A DNA stretch of 64,000 nucleotides from an uncultured Verrucomicrobiae bacterium (GTDB lineage Bacteria; Verrucomicrobiota; Verrucomicrobiia; Chthoniobacterales; UBA10450): contig CAVTMK010000002.1 in the NCBI GenBank assembly GCA_963735805.1, forward strand, positions 320,001-384,000, given 5' to 3'. How positions within the stretch are numbered: the first letter of the stretch is position 1; every line of letters starts with the position of its first letter. Below the pieces are notes generated by a model. It was not told the DNA's origin. It saw only the letters and a list, made by a program, of their open reading frames with translations, and ran no database searches. The position numbers and the translations under genes are program-made. This document shows, piece by piece, positions 42,572 to 53,351 of this stretch.

Positions 42572-44050
42572 TTATTGTCGAATAGGCCGAGGCACCGGGG
42601 TAGGGCGCGGTCGTATGGCAGGACTCGGTCTTGGATTAGGTCCCTGGAACTCAAAAGAACCGATGTCGACATGGCCGTTCACGACGCGATCAAAGCCCGG
42701 ACCGCGTTGGTCATAGAAGGGCGGCGGTGTAAAGGTGGGGTGGCCCGCATCAATAGCCGGGCTGCCACGCGACAACGCATGGGTCGGTGTTGGTCCCCCG
42801 TTATACTGCAACGGGCCGAGCATTGGATCGATGTTAGTCTGATCGCCTGGGCCGGTTAGGAAGCCGCCACAGCTGTCATTGCTAAGGTTGTAGCCGTCCG
42901 ATATGACAATCCCACCCTGGTTTAGAATATTTCCGCCCGTCGCGCCTCCCTGGAGAATCACATCATTGAGATGGACCGCCGCGCCGCCGTTGTCTTGCGT
43001 GGAGTTGGACACGCTACTTCCTCCAGAGCCACTGGCCAGGTTGCCGCTGAACGTGCTGTTAGAGATATGTGCAGCTGCGCCGCCATCATCACTTTCATTA
43101 TCGACGCCGCCGCCTGTCTGAGCGGAGTCGCCACTAATTGTACTGTTGCTGATCTGGAGGAATGCCTCGGCGCCAGGGTACGAAATGTTGAAGACCCCTC
43201 CGCCGCCATAGGTAGCTGAGTTGCCGGCCACCGTGCTATTGTTAATTTCCAGGCTTCCATAGCCACCAGCCTCCGCGCTACTGCAAATACCACCACCGTT
43301 CGTGGACGAATTCCCGCTAAGCATGCTGTAATTCAATGTTGCCGTTGCGCCGAAAATCTCGTAACCGTTATTATCGACGCCGCCGCCGTAGTAGCCGGCC
43401 GAATTCCCGCTCAACATACTATTATTAATCGTTAGGACAGCACCGGCCCAGCGACCGCTGGTATTGAAGATGCCGCCGCCACCGTAGCTGGCCGAGTTGC
43501 CGCTAAGCTTGCTATTATTGACCGTTAGAACCGCCCAGGGACCACCCTTTTTATCGTTGTAAGCATCGTTGGCTACACCACCGCCGTAAGTAGCCGAGTT
43601 TCCGCTAATTGCGCAATCATTGAGCGTTAACGTCGATTGAAAACTGTAGATGCCGCCGCCGCTGCCAGCAGGAAAGTCTCCAGCGACCATACCGTTTCTG
43701 ATGGTCAATCCAGAAATCGTAACAGTTGTTCCAAAGGCGACGTGGAACACGCGGCTATTAGTGTTGCCATCAACGGCCAGGTTTTCCAGACCGGGACCTG
43801 CGACAGTGATATTCTTGTCCACGAGCAACTCGCCGCTGCTGAGTACGATGGTGCCGGTGACTGCGAATGTAATCGTGTCGTTGTCATTTGCGAGGACAAG
43901 CGCCTGACGCAAAGAGCCGACTCCGTTGTCGTTAGTGTTTGTTACGGTGATCGTTGTTGCGCGAGCGGAAACTGCGACGGCGCAAAAGACAACGGTCCAC
44001 CATGTCAGCGCGTTAAGACGGAAAAAGCTTCGGAGCCCTCGTGTTCCCAT
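42572..44050 (-). CDS. Exported beta-helix / choice-of-anchor-Q-like protein with tail (paralog of 34181)
   Basis: Same architecture as 34181. Ends 'PNPRPSPAIRPRPTPVPRPIRQ' with no PT linker. Confidence 0.85.
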   Translation of the reverse strand: MGTRGLRSFFRLNALTWWTVVFCAVAVSARATTITVTNTNDNGVGSLRQALVLANDNDTITFAVTGTIVLSSGELLVDKNITVAGPGLENLAVDGNTNSRVFHVAFGTTVTISGLTIRNGMVAGDFPAGSGGGIYSFQSTLTLNDCAISGNSATYGGGVANDAYNDKKGGPWAVLTVNNSKLSGNSASYGGGGIFNTSGRWAGAVLTINNSMLSGNSAGYYGGGVDNNGYEIFGATATLNYSMLSGNSSTNGGGICSSAEAGGYGSLEINNSTVAGNSATYGGGGVFNISYPGAEAFLQISNSTISGDSAQTGGGVDNESDDGGAAAHISNSTFSGNLASGSGGSSVSNSTQDNGGAAVHLNDVILQGGATGGNILNQGGIVISDGYNLSNDSCGGFLTGPGDQTNIDPMLGPLQYNGGPTPTHALSRGSPAIDAGHPTFTPPPFYDQRGPGFDRVVNGHVDIGSFEFQGPNPRPSPAIRPRPTPVPRPIRQ

Positions 44051-44216
44051 TTTCTACTTTGATAATACGGAAACGGCGGAGTGAAGTTCGGCGGATGTCA
44101 GAACATTTATGATGCTTTCGGCTTTTTTTGACCGGGGAGCAACCGCTCGGGCTTCGGCGACTCCTTGTAACTTTTTGGCTTTGTCACTCTTCTAACTCGT
44201 TTACATTCAGGTTGCC

Positions 44217-45431
44217 GTGTCATTTAATAAATTTGAACTTTCGCCCGAAGTAGTACGTGGAACGCAAGCGATGGGCTTTGCCGAACCGACACCCATCCAG
44301 CTCCGTGCATTTCCGATCGTGCTTGCAGGAAAGGATCTGATCGGCACGGCGCAAACCGGGACCGGCAAGACCGCTGCGTTTGCACTGCCTATTCTAACTC
44401 TGCTGGCAAAACACGGAGCCTTCCGATGTCTGGTGCTGGAGCCGACCCGAGAACTGGCCGCGCAAGTGGAGACGGCATTTCGTGATTATGGGCGCTTCAC
44501 AGATTTGCGAGTCGCGCTTGTCCATGGTGGCGTCGGTTATGGAAAACAGCGGGAAGAGCTCAAGCACGGTGTAGATGTTCTTGTCGCAACGCCGGGACGT
44601 CTGCTTGATCTGCTCGAACAACGTGCGGCGACTTTGAAGTCCGTCAAAATTCTGGTGCTGGACGAAGTGGACCGGATGCTGGACATGGGTTTTCTGCCGG
44701 ATGTGCGCCGGATCGTCGAAAAAATCTCAACGGACCGACAGACTCTTCTTTTTTCAGCGACGCTGCCGCCGGAGATCGAACGCCTCGCCGCGTGGGTATT
44801 GCGCGATCCTGAGTTGGTAGAAATTGGCGTGCGCCGGTCGCCGGCGGAAACGGTGACGCATGCGGTTTATCCAGTGGCGGCTGAACAAAAATTCGATCTG
44901 CTAATGGCTTTGCTCGAGCGAACGAATTTCGATAGCGCGCTGATTTTTTGCAGGACCAAGTACGGCGCCGATCGTATCGCGCACCAGTTAAAACAGGGAA
45001 AGCATGCCGTAGCCGTGTTGCATTCCAATCGGACACAGCGCGAACGCATCGAGGCGCTGGAAGGCTTTAAGAGCGGCAAATACGAGGTGATGGTGGCTAC
45101 CGATATTGCCTCACGCGGACTCGACATCGCCGGAGTGAGTCACGTCATTAATTACGATGTACCCGAGCATCCGGAAGATTACGTTCATCGCATCGGGCGC
45201 ACGGGACGCGCCCAGAACGTGGGCGATGCCTTCACACTCATGAGCGGCCAGGAGTTGCCCGCGCTACAGGCAATCGAGCATTTCATCGGCCAAAAAATTC
45301 CCCGGCTGAAGCTGGAGAATTTTCCCTATCTGTACACCGCGCTCTTTGAACCGGAATCAGGTGCCGGTGGTCGTCGCGGAATCGGCGGCGGCAGAACTCA
45401 TCGCGGCTATTCCTTTGGAAGAAGGCGATGA
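44217..45431 (+). CDS. DEAD-box RNA helicase (RhlE-like)
   Basis: 'AQTGTGKT', 'PTRELA', 'DEVD', 'SAT', 'YVHRIGRTGRA'. Confidence 0.93.
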   Translation: MSFNKFELSPEVVRGTQAMGFAEPTPIQLRAFPIVLAGKDLIGTAQTGTGKTAAFALPILTLLAKHGAFRCLVLEPTRELAAQVETAFRDYGRFTDLRVALVHGGVGYGKQREELKHGVDVLVATPGRLLDLLEQRAATLKSVKILVLDEVDRMLDMGFLPDVRRIVEKISTDRQTLLFSATLPPEIERLAAWVLRDPELVEIGVRRSPAETVTHAVYPVAAEQKFDLLMALLERTNFDSALIFCRTKYGADRIAHQLKQGKHAVAVLHSNRTQRERIEALEGFKSGKYEVMVATDIASRGLDIAGVSHVINYDVPEHPEDYVHRIGRTGRAQNVGDAFTLMSGQELPALQAIEHFIGQKIPRLKLENFPYLYTALFEPESGAGGRRGIGGGRTHRGYSFGRRR

Positions 45432-45602
45432 AGGCAAACGTTAGGTTACGAGACTGGAAGTTTGTAGCTTGGGTCGAAGAAGATACGCGTTCGCGTCGCG
45501 GCGGCTTGTAGCCGGGATCACCGATCCCGGCTAAAGCGAGGCTTCCTCACTCGCTGCCAAATCGGCTCGATTTCTTAAAGAATAAGCTTAATAATTCCCG
45601 TT

Positions 45603-47135
45603 ATGTCCGAATCAAATATGGCTCGCGATTCAGAGGCCCAATTCGACCAACTCCAGAGAAAGCTGGTTCCGCTGTGGAAATCGATTGAGCGCCTTAACCA
45701 GGATCCGCAGACGATCGTAGTCGTCCCGTCGATGTCCATCGATGCCATTAACTCGGGCGCGGTGATGCAGGCGTATGAAGAACGCTTTTTGTTTTTGTTG
45801 TTGCTGCTGCGTCAACCTCGTGCCCGGTTGGTCTACGTAACGTCACAAAGGATTCTGCCGAGCATCATTGATTATTATCTTGCTCTTTTGCCCGGTGTTA
45901 TCCCGAGTCATGCGCGGCAACGGCTTTTTCTTATTTCGCCTCTGGACGGATCGGTGCGTGCGCTGAGCGACAAGTTGCTGGATCGGCCACGGTTAATCGA
46001 GCGTATCCGTTCGCTGATCATGGACCCTGATCGAGCGCACCTGGTTCCTTTCAACACAACCAATCGCGAACAAGAACTCGCCGTGCGGCTTGGTATTCCC
46101 ATGTACGGCGCCGATCCCAAATTGTTCCCTCTCGGCACAAAGAGCGGTTGCCGGAAAATTTTCACGGAAGAAAATGTCGCGCATCCTCTGGGCGTTGAGA
46201 ACCTGGGTAGCAAGGAAGAGTTGATCGAGGCCATCGTGCAGATGCGGGCCAGGAAGCCTTCGATCAGGCAAGTCCTGGCAAAGCTTAACGAAGGTGTCTC
46301 AGGCGAAGGCAATGCTGTTATCGATCTAACCGGGCTTCCGGCGCCGGGGGACTCAAAGGAAAGAGCAATGTTAGAGGAGCGCCTTCGTGCAATGCAGTTC
46401 GAGCTAGCTCGTGTTACCTACGATAGCTACATGAAGAAACTGCAGGAACGAAAAGGAGTCGTCGAAGAGCGAATCATGGGAGAAGAAATCAGGAGCCCCA
46501 GTGTTCAACTTCGTATTACTCCGCTGGGCGCTGTGGAATTGTTATCGACGCACGATCAGCTTCTCGGTGGCCCATCAGGCCAAAGTTACCTTGGCTGCAT
46601 GTTCCCTGCCGACCCCGGCTACGCCCCGTTGATTACTCGGGAAGCAGCCAAGGTGGGGAGGCGTCTGGCGAAGGAGGGAGTCCTGGGGCGCTTCGCGCTG
46701 GATTTCGTGGTGGTGCGTTCAAATGGAAAATGGGAGCCGTATGCGATCGAGATTAACTTGCGCAAAGGCGGCACCACTCATCCGTTCTTAACTTTGCAAT
46801 TTCTAACGGACGGCACTTACAACCCTGAGACAGCGATTTTCACTGCGCCCAACGGGCGGCAAAAATTCTTTGTCGCCAGCGACCATGTCGAGTCGCCGTC
46901 GTATCGAACCCTGACGCCGGATGACCTTTTCGATATTGTGGTGCGGCACGACCTGCATTTCGGCCAAACGCGGCAGACGGGCGTGGTTTTTCACATGATG
47001 AGTGCCCTGGGTGAGCTGGGAAGGACAGGGCTGACCGCGGTGGGCAACTCGCACGAAGAAGCGAAGGCCCTTTACGAGCGAGCGATCGCCGTGCTCGACC
47101 AGGAAACTGTAGCCGGGGGCGCTGACCCCGGCTGA
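45603..47135 (+). CDS. Peptide ligase PGM1-related ATP-grasp protein
   Basis: 'AYEERFLFLLLLLRQPRARLVYVTS', 'KLNEGVSGEGNA', 'YLGC.FPA', 'IEINLRKGGTTHP'. Confidence 0.82.
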   Translation: MSESNMARDSEAQFDQLQRKLVPLWKSIERLNQDPQTIVVVPSMSIDAINSGAVMQAYEERFLFLLLLLRQPRARLVYVTSQRILPSIIDYYLALLPGVIPSHARQRLFLISPLDGSVRALSDKLLDRPRLIERIRSLIMDPDRAHLVPFNTTNREQELAVRLGIPMYGADPKLFPLGTKSGCRKIFTEENVAHPLGVENLGSKEELIEAIVQMRARKPSIRQVLAKLNEGVSGEGNAVIDLTGLPAPGDSKERAMLEERLRAMQFELARVTYDSYMKKLQERKGVVEERIMGEEIRSPSVQLRITPLGAVELLSTHDQLLGGPSGQSYLGCMFPADPGYAPLITREAAKVGRRLAKEGVLGRFALDFVVVRSNGKWEPYAIEINLRKGGTTHPFLTLQFLTDGTYNPETAIFTAPNGRQKFFVASDHVESPSYRTLTPDDLFDIVVRHDLHFGQTRQTGVVFHMMSALGELGRTGLTAVGNSHEEAKALYERAIAVLDQETVAGGADPG

Positions 47136-47345
47136 ACACGTGACCACGCCGCAGGTCCGCCGCGGTTAACGAGACGCGGCTACAGCGCCTTACGCAGATA
47201 CCGCTCGGGCAGGCGAAACCAATTGGCCGACGCTGCGGTGGCTTTGGGTCCTACCTTCGGGCATTCGTGAGGTCGACAACTTCAGTTTTTCTTGACCGTG
47301 TTACCGAGGTACACGCCAAAAGTTCCTCAATGTTCCTCAAAAATC

Positions 47346-47375
47346 TTGACATTTTGTCGTGTTTCCAAGTAAAAA
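47346..47375 (+). promoter_or_regulatory. Putative sigma70-like promoter TTGACA-N18-TAAAAA
   Basis: Same spacing as at 49625, 54165, 58125 and 62281. Confidence 0.6.
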
Positions 47376-47425
47376 GGCGACACAGCTCCACACTCCCAAA
47401 AAACACAACCTCCAAGGAGTAAAAA

Positions 47426-48907
47426 ATGCAAAAACAAATTAACACCTCCATGAAAGCGCATCTTCTTCGCGGTGCGTTCCTTCTGCTTCTGCTTGTCTCC
47501 TTCTGCCTAATTCCATTCGCGCTGGGACAGCGAAGTGTCAGCAATAGAAACGTTCCAGCGCTGCCTCCGCAAATCAGTAATATCCATGGCACGGTGCCTG
47601 CCGTTCTCACGAAGAGTCCCATAGCTCCTTTTGCGCTAATTGGGCCCGTGGGAGTGGTATGTCCCGCCACAATTACGGAGTCAACAAGTCAGGCGATCGT
47701 CGATGGTAACTCAGTAGCCTGCAACACGGGCGGATCCACCACTGAGAATCATTACTGGCGTGCCTTCGACATGAATACTTTTACCGGCGGCCAGGAGTAT
47801 GATGTCGCGTCGGTTTCCTTTGGAATCGAGCTGGCTCAGTCTGGGGACGGCACGGGCCAGCCGTTGACAGTTAATCTTTATGCCAATCACGGCTCACCAT
47901 TCCCTGCAGGTGACTGGCAGTCGAACCTGATCGCGACATCCGGATCATTGAACATTCCAGATCAGACGGATTCGATATTTCAAACCTCTCTAACCGCAAC
48001 CGTCGCTGCTGGCACTCTTGAGTTAGTTATGGAAGTGATGACGCCGGATGGGACGGCCGTGGGTAACGCGTTCTTTATTGGTTCGAATGCTGACCCAGAA
48101 ACCGGACCAAGCTATCTGAGTGCTGCCGACTGCGGTGTGAACGACCCGACTCCCACTGGGGACCTGGGTTTTCCCAACATGCACATTGTAGCGAACGTTA
48201 ATGGCAGTTGTCCCAATGGAAGCCCAACACCTTCGACGACACCTTCAGTGACGCCAAGTGTGAGTCCGTCACCCTCGGTGACACCCAGTGTGAGTCCTTC
48301 GCCGAGCACGAGTCCTTCGCCGTCAGTCACACCCAGTGTGAGTCCTTCGCCGAGCACGAGTCCTTCGCCGTCAGTCACACCCAGTGTGAGTCCGTCGCCC
48401 TCGGTGAGCCCGAGCGTGACTCCCACTCCTTCAGTTAGTCCCAGTGTGACGCCTACTGCGACGCCAAGCGGGTGTGTGTTCGGATTTGGCTATTGGAAGA
48501 ACCATCCCCAGGCATGGCCAGTCACCGAATTGCAGCTTGGGAATATCACTTACACTCAAGACCAATTGTTGTCGGTCATGCACGAACCAGTTCGCGGCAA
48601 CGGATTAGTTTCGCTGGCGCACCACCTAATTACCGCGAAGCTAAACGTCGCTAATGGCGCGGATCCGAGCTGCATACAGCAAACGATCTCTGACGCCGAC
48701 ACCTTGATCGTAGACTTGGTTGTGCCACCCGTAGGCGACGGATACCTGGCACCCAGAGACGTGAATGCTCTCAAGGATACTCTGGAGAGTTACAATGAAG
48801 GCCAGTTGTGCGCTCCGAGCTGTGATAATTCGTCTCCGAGTCCAACCGCATCTCCAAGGTCGACGCCGAGGTCGCGTCCGCCGGCGCATCCTCGCCCTGG
48901 CCGTTGA
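47426..48907 (+). CDS. Exported modular protein (shared 'ITESTSQ' module, PS-rich repeat, GYWKNH module) with tail
   Basis: Leader 'MQKQINTSMKAHLLRGAF...IPFALGQR'. Ends 'PRSTPRSRPPAHPRPGR'. Confidence 0.8.
   Translation: MQKQINTSMKAHLLRGAFLLLLLVSFCLIPFALGQRSVSNRNVPALPPQISNIHGTVPAVLTKSPIAPFALIGPVGVVCPATITESTSQAIVDGNSVACNTGGSTTENHYWRAFDMNTFTGGQEYDVASVSFGIELAQSGDGTGQPLTVNLYANHGSPFPAGDWQSNLIATSGSLNIPDQTDSIFQTSLTATVAAGTLELVMEVMTPDGTAVGNAFFIGSNADPETGPSYLSAADCGVNDPTPTGDLGFPNMHIVANVNGSCPNGSPTPSTTPSVTPSVSPSPSVTPSVSPSPSTSPSPSVTPSVSPSPSTSPSPSVTPSVSPSPSVSPSVTPTPSVSPSVTPTATPSGCVFGFGYWKNHPQAWPVTELQLGNITYTQDQLLSVMHEPVRGNGLVSLAHHLITAKLNVANGADPSCIQQTISDADTLIVDLVVPPVGDGYLAPRDVNALKDTLESYNEGQLCAPSCDNSSPSPTASPRSTPRSRPPAHPRPGR
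48281..48393 (+). repeat. 48-bp perfect tandem repeat (about 2.3 copies) in the Pro/Ser linker
   Basis: ACACCCAGTGTGAGTCCTTCGCCGAGCACGAGTCCTTCGCCGTCAGTC is repeated. Confidence 0.85.
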
Positions 48908-49624
48908 TCGGTAGTTAAACGAATTGTCAGTGCGTAGCCGGGATCTTCCATCCCGGCGCACAATCACGGTTTTGATCCCGCCGAACCGGCGGCGAATAAT
49001 AGTGCCATCTCTCGGTCACGCTCTTCTAACTCCTTCGCGTCTTCATCCCTCATCTTCAATCTTCTCCTTTTCGATTATCAGGGACGAAAAGCGCCACTGC
49101 GCGGCCGACTGCCACGTGTCGGCGTTCCCGTACACCGCGGCCACGGCCAGCACCGGCACAGCGACCAACTCCGTGCGTAGGTATTTAGCAGTCATGAGTT
49201 TTTCCAGTCTGTGATCGGAGTCACGAGCTCCCGCCTGCGCCGAACGAGCAGCGCCTGGCCGACTAGATATTACCGAGGAAAGAATTGCAGTGTGCGGCGT
49301 CGGACGGGCAAATGACTTGTGCAGCAAAGGGAAAAAGTAACGCCCCAGATGTTCCGCGTCTTAGCGAAGGAAGATGATTTGTTCAAAACGTAGTTAGTAA
49401 CAAACTGCTTTGTCAGGTATCGCCTTACATTTCGGTCGCGAATCGTCAGAATACATTACAAATACTCTGCGACCGCTGGTGTTGTAGCACAGAACAACAT
49501 GGATTGTTTGCGGGTGGTATCAATGTGCAGCATCACCACCTCCTTAACCCACTTATTTTGGTTAGGCTAGCTCGTCCGTTTTGGTTATTTGATGTTAGGC
49601 TCAAAAAAAAATCTAAAAAAAATG

Positions 49625-49654
49625 TTGACACGTTTGCGACGCGCGAGCTAAAAA
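49625..49654 (+). promoter_or_regulatory. Putative promoter TTGACA-N18-TAAAAA with A-tract UP element
   Basis: AAAAAAAAATCTAAAAAAAATG-TTGACA-18 nt-TAAAAA. Confidence 0.65.
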
Positions 49655-49706
49655 CGCCGCCTCCACAGGGCCCAAGGGAAAATTCAATTCAGCCCAATCT
49701 CCACTT

Positions 49707-52700
49707 ATGAAAAAGAAATCCAATTCGGTCTTCGCATTCTTTGGCCTGCGCGCGCTACTGGGGTTTAGTCTCTGCTTCCTTGCTGTAGCACTCGCGATTT
49801 TTGCGCTCAGCCCGGGTGCTGGACCCAGTGAGCGGCTTGAAACGCCTCGTTACATCCCTGTGCCGACTGACAATTCGCAGGAGGAAAGCGCCGCGCTATC
49901 GCGCCTGGAACAATACTGGTTCGATCGTCTGACGTTTCCTACCGGACGCTTTAATCCGGCATGGGTTCGCGCGGCCGCCGCGCAACACGACCGGATGCAA
50001 AGTGGTATTCCCTTTGGCCAACATGTCAGGCTCAACCTCGCTAACCCGAATGCACTTAGCACGACCAGTTTTACTCCGCTCGGTCCGCAACCGGAACGTA
50101 TGACCGGATGCTCGGGTTGCTTTAACTACACAACTACTCAGGGTCGCGTAAACACGATTGCCGTCGATCCAACTACAACCACCAATGGCAGCATCGTAGC
50201 CTACCTGGGGGCGGTCGGCGGCGGTGTATGGAAAACGACCAATTGCTGCGACAGCTCCACCACGTGGAGCGTGACGACTGACGACCCGGTAATCGGCACC
50301 ACAGCGATCGACACCATTACCATCGATCCCAACGATCATAACACTGTCTATGCCGGCACTGGTGACCTCAATTACGGTTCCTTCTCCATGGGTAGCCAGG
50401 GAATTCTCAAATCAACCGACGCCGGCGCAACCTGGACGGTGCTAGGCGCCGACATCTTTGGCCCGTCGTATGATGAACCGCCGGGGCAATTCCCCCAATA
50501 CAACGCCGTGGGCAAAGTCCGCGTCGATCCCAATAACAGGAACAACGTGGTAGCCGGCACGAAAAAGGGGCTCTACTTCTCGTATGATGGGGGTGTTAAC
50601 TGGACCGGTCCGTGCACGACTAACAACTTCAGTACGCAGCGCCAGGACATAACAGGCTTGGAGTTAACCAGCCTCGGCGGCACGACACGAATCATTGCGG
50701 CGGTTGGCGTTCGCGGGTTCGCTACAACCGTGCAGTATGATCTCGGCCAGCAGGGCGCAAACGGTATCTACAGAGGAATGATGCCAATGAGCGGTTGCCC
50801 AAACGACTTTGCGCTTATCAGCCGCAACGATAACGGCTTTGTATTTGGCACCCAGGTGAGCGGCAGCCCATACACGACAGGCGCGCCCATGAACGCCGGG
50901 AGCGGCGATCCGTGGGTCAACGTAACCACCGGCAACCAGCTCAGTCGCATCGATATTGGCATCGCGCCGAGCAATCCGAATTACATTTATGCCCAGGCAG
51001 GCTCCATTACCCCTAACAACAACAACGGCTGCGGCAACACCAATGGCTGTCAGATCGGCGTCTGGGCCAGCACTGATGGCGGCGACAGCTGGGCCTTTAT
51101 GGCCGGTTCTGCCGGCGGTTCTCTCAGGAATTGTACAAATGGCCAGGGAGACTATCCACAAAACTGGTACGACCAGGCAGTGGCGGTTGATCCAAACGAT
51201 CCCGAGCGCGTGTTCATCAGCACCTTTGATGTCTGGTTTGCGACGCGCACCGGAACCGCCTTTAACGATACCACCTGCGGCTATTCTTACAGCGGCAGTG
51301 CCGGTCCTGTGCACGTGGATCAACACGCTCTCGCCTTCCTCCCGGGCTCCTCGAGCATTTTGCTAATTGGGAATGACGGGGGGGCTCATGGCACCACAAA
51401 CGCAGACCTAACAACAGCCACCACCGATCCGACCTGGTTCAACATGGATACAGGTCTGAACACGATCGAGTTTTACTCAGGGGACATCAGCGGGAACTTC
51501 GCGAACTCTCCGTCCCCGATGGCTGTTGGGGGCGCCCAGGACAACGGACCCAGTTCGGTCACATTTACCGGCAGTCCGACCGGCCCGGTCTTGTGGCAGT
51601 TGGGACTTGGCGGAGACGGGTTCTCCGGGCAAATCGACCCGATGGGTACCACCTGCACGCAAGCGCAAGGCACGATCGCTGTCTCCGGTCCCGGTGTAAT
51701 AGGACAGCAATTCCTGATCGGGACGCAGACATTTACCTGGGTGGCAACACGGGCGAATCCCGGCGAGGTCTCGATCGGTACAAGCTCGACCAGTGCAGCC
51801 ACCAATATTGTGACGGCGGTGAATGCTGATATTGCTTCCACTGCGACGGCTGTACGGTCTGGTTCCAACGTTGTCATTACTGCCGCTACCTGCGGCAGTG
51901 CTGGGAATTCGGTTCCATTTTCCAATATCAACAGCGCGAACCTGACATTTAATGGTTCCGGCACTCTCGGCGGCACCAGGTTGGGTGACGATGTCGGAAG
52001 TCTTCGTGTCTGGGAAGGCAACAATAGTGGCGGTGTTAGCCGCTGCATCTATAACTGCACGGCCCCGGGCGCCTCGTGGGCGAGCAGCAGGGGCAGTTGG
52101 ACCGGCGATACGCAGTCATTCATCCTGCCTATTAACATGTTCCATGGCGGCATTCCTGGTGGCGACGACTGCTCGCCTGCTGGTCCCGCAAGCGGCTGCG
52201 GCCATCTGATTGCTGGGACAACCAGGGTTTGGGAAACCATTCGCGGAGCGGAGGCTACCGTGCCTACATCCGCCTGGTATGTGACCAACAATCCGACAAC
52301 TCAGAACATGACTAAGCAGTCACTGGGCAACCGTTCGTTCATCAATCAACTGAAGTATTCGCCCAAATATCAAAGCGTGGCGATTGTAGGCACAAACGAT
52401 GCCAACGTCTGGATTGGGTTTAACCTTGGCACAGGCGCTGCCAGCCAGGCTAACTGGGTGGATGTTACCGGTAGCAACGTTGTGTTACCGCTTCGTCCCG
52501 TGTTAGGCGTTGCACTGGATCCGCGCGTGCCAGCCGTGGATGTGCCGGTTGGCTATGCCGCTGTCGGCGGTTTCAACGCCAATACGCCAACACAGCCGGG
52601 TCACATTTTCCAGGTGAACTGTGGTTCCAACTGTGCCTCGTTCACCTGGGCGGACAAGACCGGCAACCTGCCGGATATCCCGGTTGACTCGATCATTGTG

Positions 52701-53351
52701 AACCCCAATCAACCGCAACAGGTGTTTGCCGGCACCGACTTCGGTCTCTACTATACCGACGACGTCACTGTTGCATCTCCGGTCTGGAACCGTTTCGACA
52801 ACGGCATTCCGCACGTGATGATTTGGGATATGGCCATCGACCGCGGCGGGACGGCGCTCTCGGTCTGGACGCGTGGCCGCGGTGCCTACGTTTATCCTTT
52901 GTCCGGAGTAAGCTTTGTGATTGGCGATCTTAGCGCGGTGGCAGGGAAGCGCGTGACGTTCTGGGGAGCGCAATGGGCAAAATCCAATGCGTTGAGCGGC
53001 GGTAAGCCGCCTTCGGCCTTCAAAGGTTTTGCCGAGAACACCACTCCCGATCCGGCAAACTGCGGCGGAACATGGACGAGCGGTTCGGGCAATAGTTCTC
53101 AACCACCTGCCACTCTGCCATCGACTATCCGAGTGATCGTGGCCAGTTCCATAACGAAGTCGGGGTCGGTCATTTCAGGTAACATCCCGCAGATGGCTGT
53201 TATCGACGTTGATCCGGGCTATCAACCGGATCCGGGTCACCCTGGGACGGGAACCGTGGTGTCAGTGAGCTGTCCGGACTCCCCACAGTCCATTTCTCCT
53301 GGAGATGGGCGACTTCAGTCAGCATCGACATTTACCAGAATGCCGCGCTGA
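49707..53351 (+). CDS. Large exported BNR/Asp-box (Vps10/sortilin-like) beta-propeller protein, no Arg/Pro tail
   Basis: 'GGVWKTTN', 'KSTDAGATW', 'SYDGGVNW', 'STDGGDSW', 'HVDQHA', 'GGAQDNG', 'TRGRGAY'. Confidence 0.85.
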   Translation: MKKKSNSVFAFFGLRALLGFSLCFLAVALAIFALSPGAGPSERLETPRYIPVPTDNSQEESAALSRLEQYWFDRLTFPTGRFNPAWVRAAAAQHDRMQSGIPFGQHVRLNLANPNALSTTSFTPLGPQPERMTGCSGCFNYTTTQGRVNTIAVDPTTTTNGSIVAYLGAVGGGVWKTTNCCDSSTTWSVTTDDPVIGTTAIDTITIDPNDHNTVYAGTGDLNYGSFSMGSQGILKSTDAGATWTVLGADIFGPSYDEPPGQFPQYNAVGKVRVDPNNRNNVVAGTKKGLYFSYDGGVNWTGPCTTNNFSTQRQDITGLELTSLGGTTRIIAAVGVRGFATTVQYDLGQQGANGIYRGMMPMSGCPNDFALISRNDNGFVFGTQVSGSPYTTGAPMNAGSGDPWVNVTTGNQLSRIDIGIAPSNPNYIYAQAGSITPNNNNGCGNTNGCQIGVWASTDGGDSWAFMAGSAGGSLRNCTNGQGDYPQNWYDQAVAVDPNDPERVFISTFDVWFATRTGTAFNDTTCGYSYSGSAGPVHVDQHALAFLPGSSSILLIGNDGGAHGTTNADLTTATTDPTWFNMDTGLNTIEFYSGDISGNFANSPSPMAVGGAQDNGPSSVTFTGSPTGPVLWQLGLGGDGFSGQIDPMGTTCTQAQGTIAVSGPGVIGQQFLIGTQTFTWVATRANPGEVSIGTSSTSAATNIVTAVNADIASTATAVRSGSNVVITAATCGSAGNSVPFSNINSANLTFNGSGTLGGTRLGDDVGSLRVWEGNNSGGVSRCIYNCTAPGASWASSRGSWTGDTQSFILPINMFHGGIPGGDDCSPAGPASGCGHLIAGTTRVWETIRGAEATVPTSAWYVTNNPTTQNMTKQSLGNRSFINQLKYSPKYQSVAIVGTNDANVWIGFNLGTGAASQANWVDVTGSNVVLPLRPVLGVALDPRVPAVDVPVGYAAVGGFNANTPTQPGHIFQVNCGSNCASFTWADKTGNLPDIPVDSIIVNPNQPQQVFAGTDFGLYYTDDVTVASPVWNRFDNGIPHVMIWDMAIDRGGTALSVWTRGRGAYVYPLSGVSFVIGDLSAVAGKRVTFWGAQWAKSNALSGGKPPSAFKGFAENTTPDPANCGGTWTSGSGNSSQPPATLPSTIRVIVASSITKSGSVISGNIPQMAVIDVDPGYQPDPGHPGTGTVVSVSCPDSPQSISPGDGRLQSASTFTRMPR

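Noticed and set aside
48910..49600. Small ORFs or remnants in long intergenic regions (also 14329-14640 and 53352-54100)
   Set aside because: No recognisable motifs, so a call cannot be supported without a database search.
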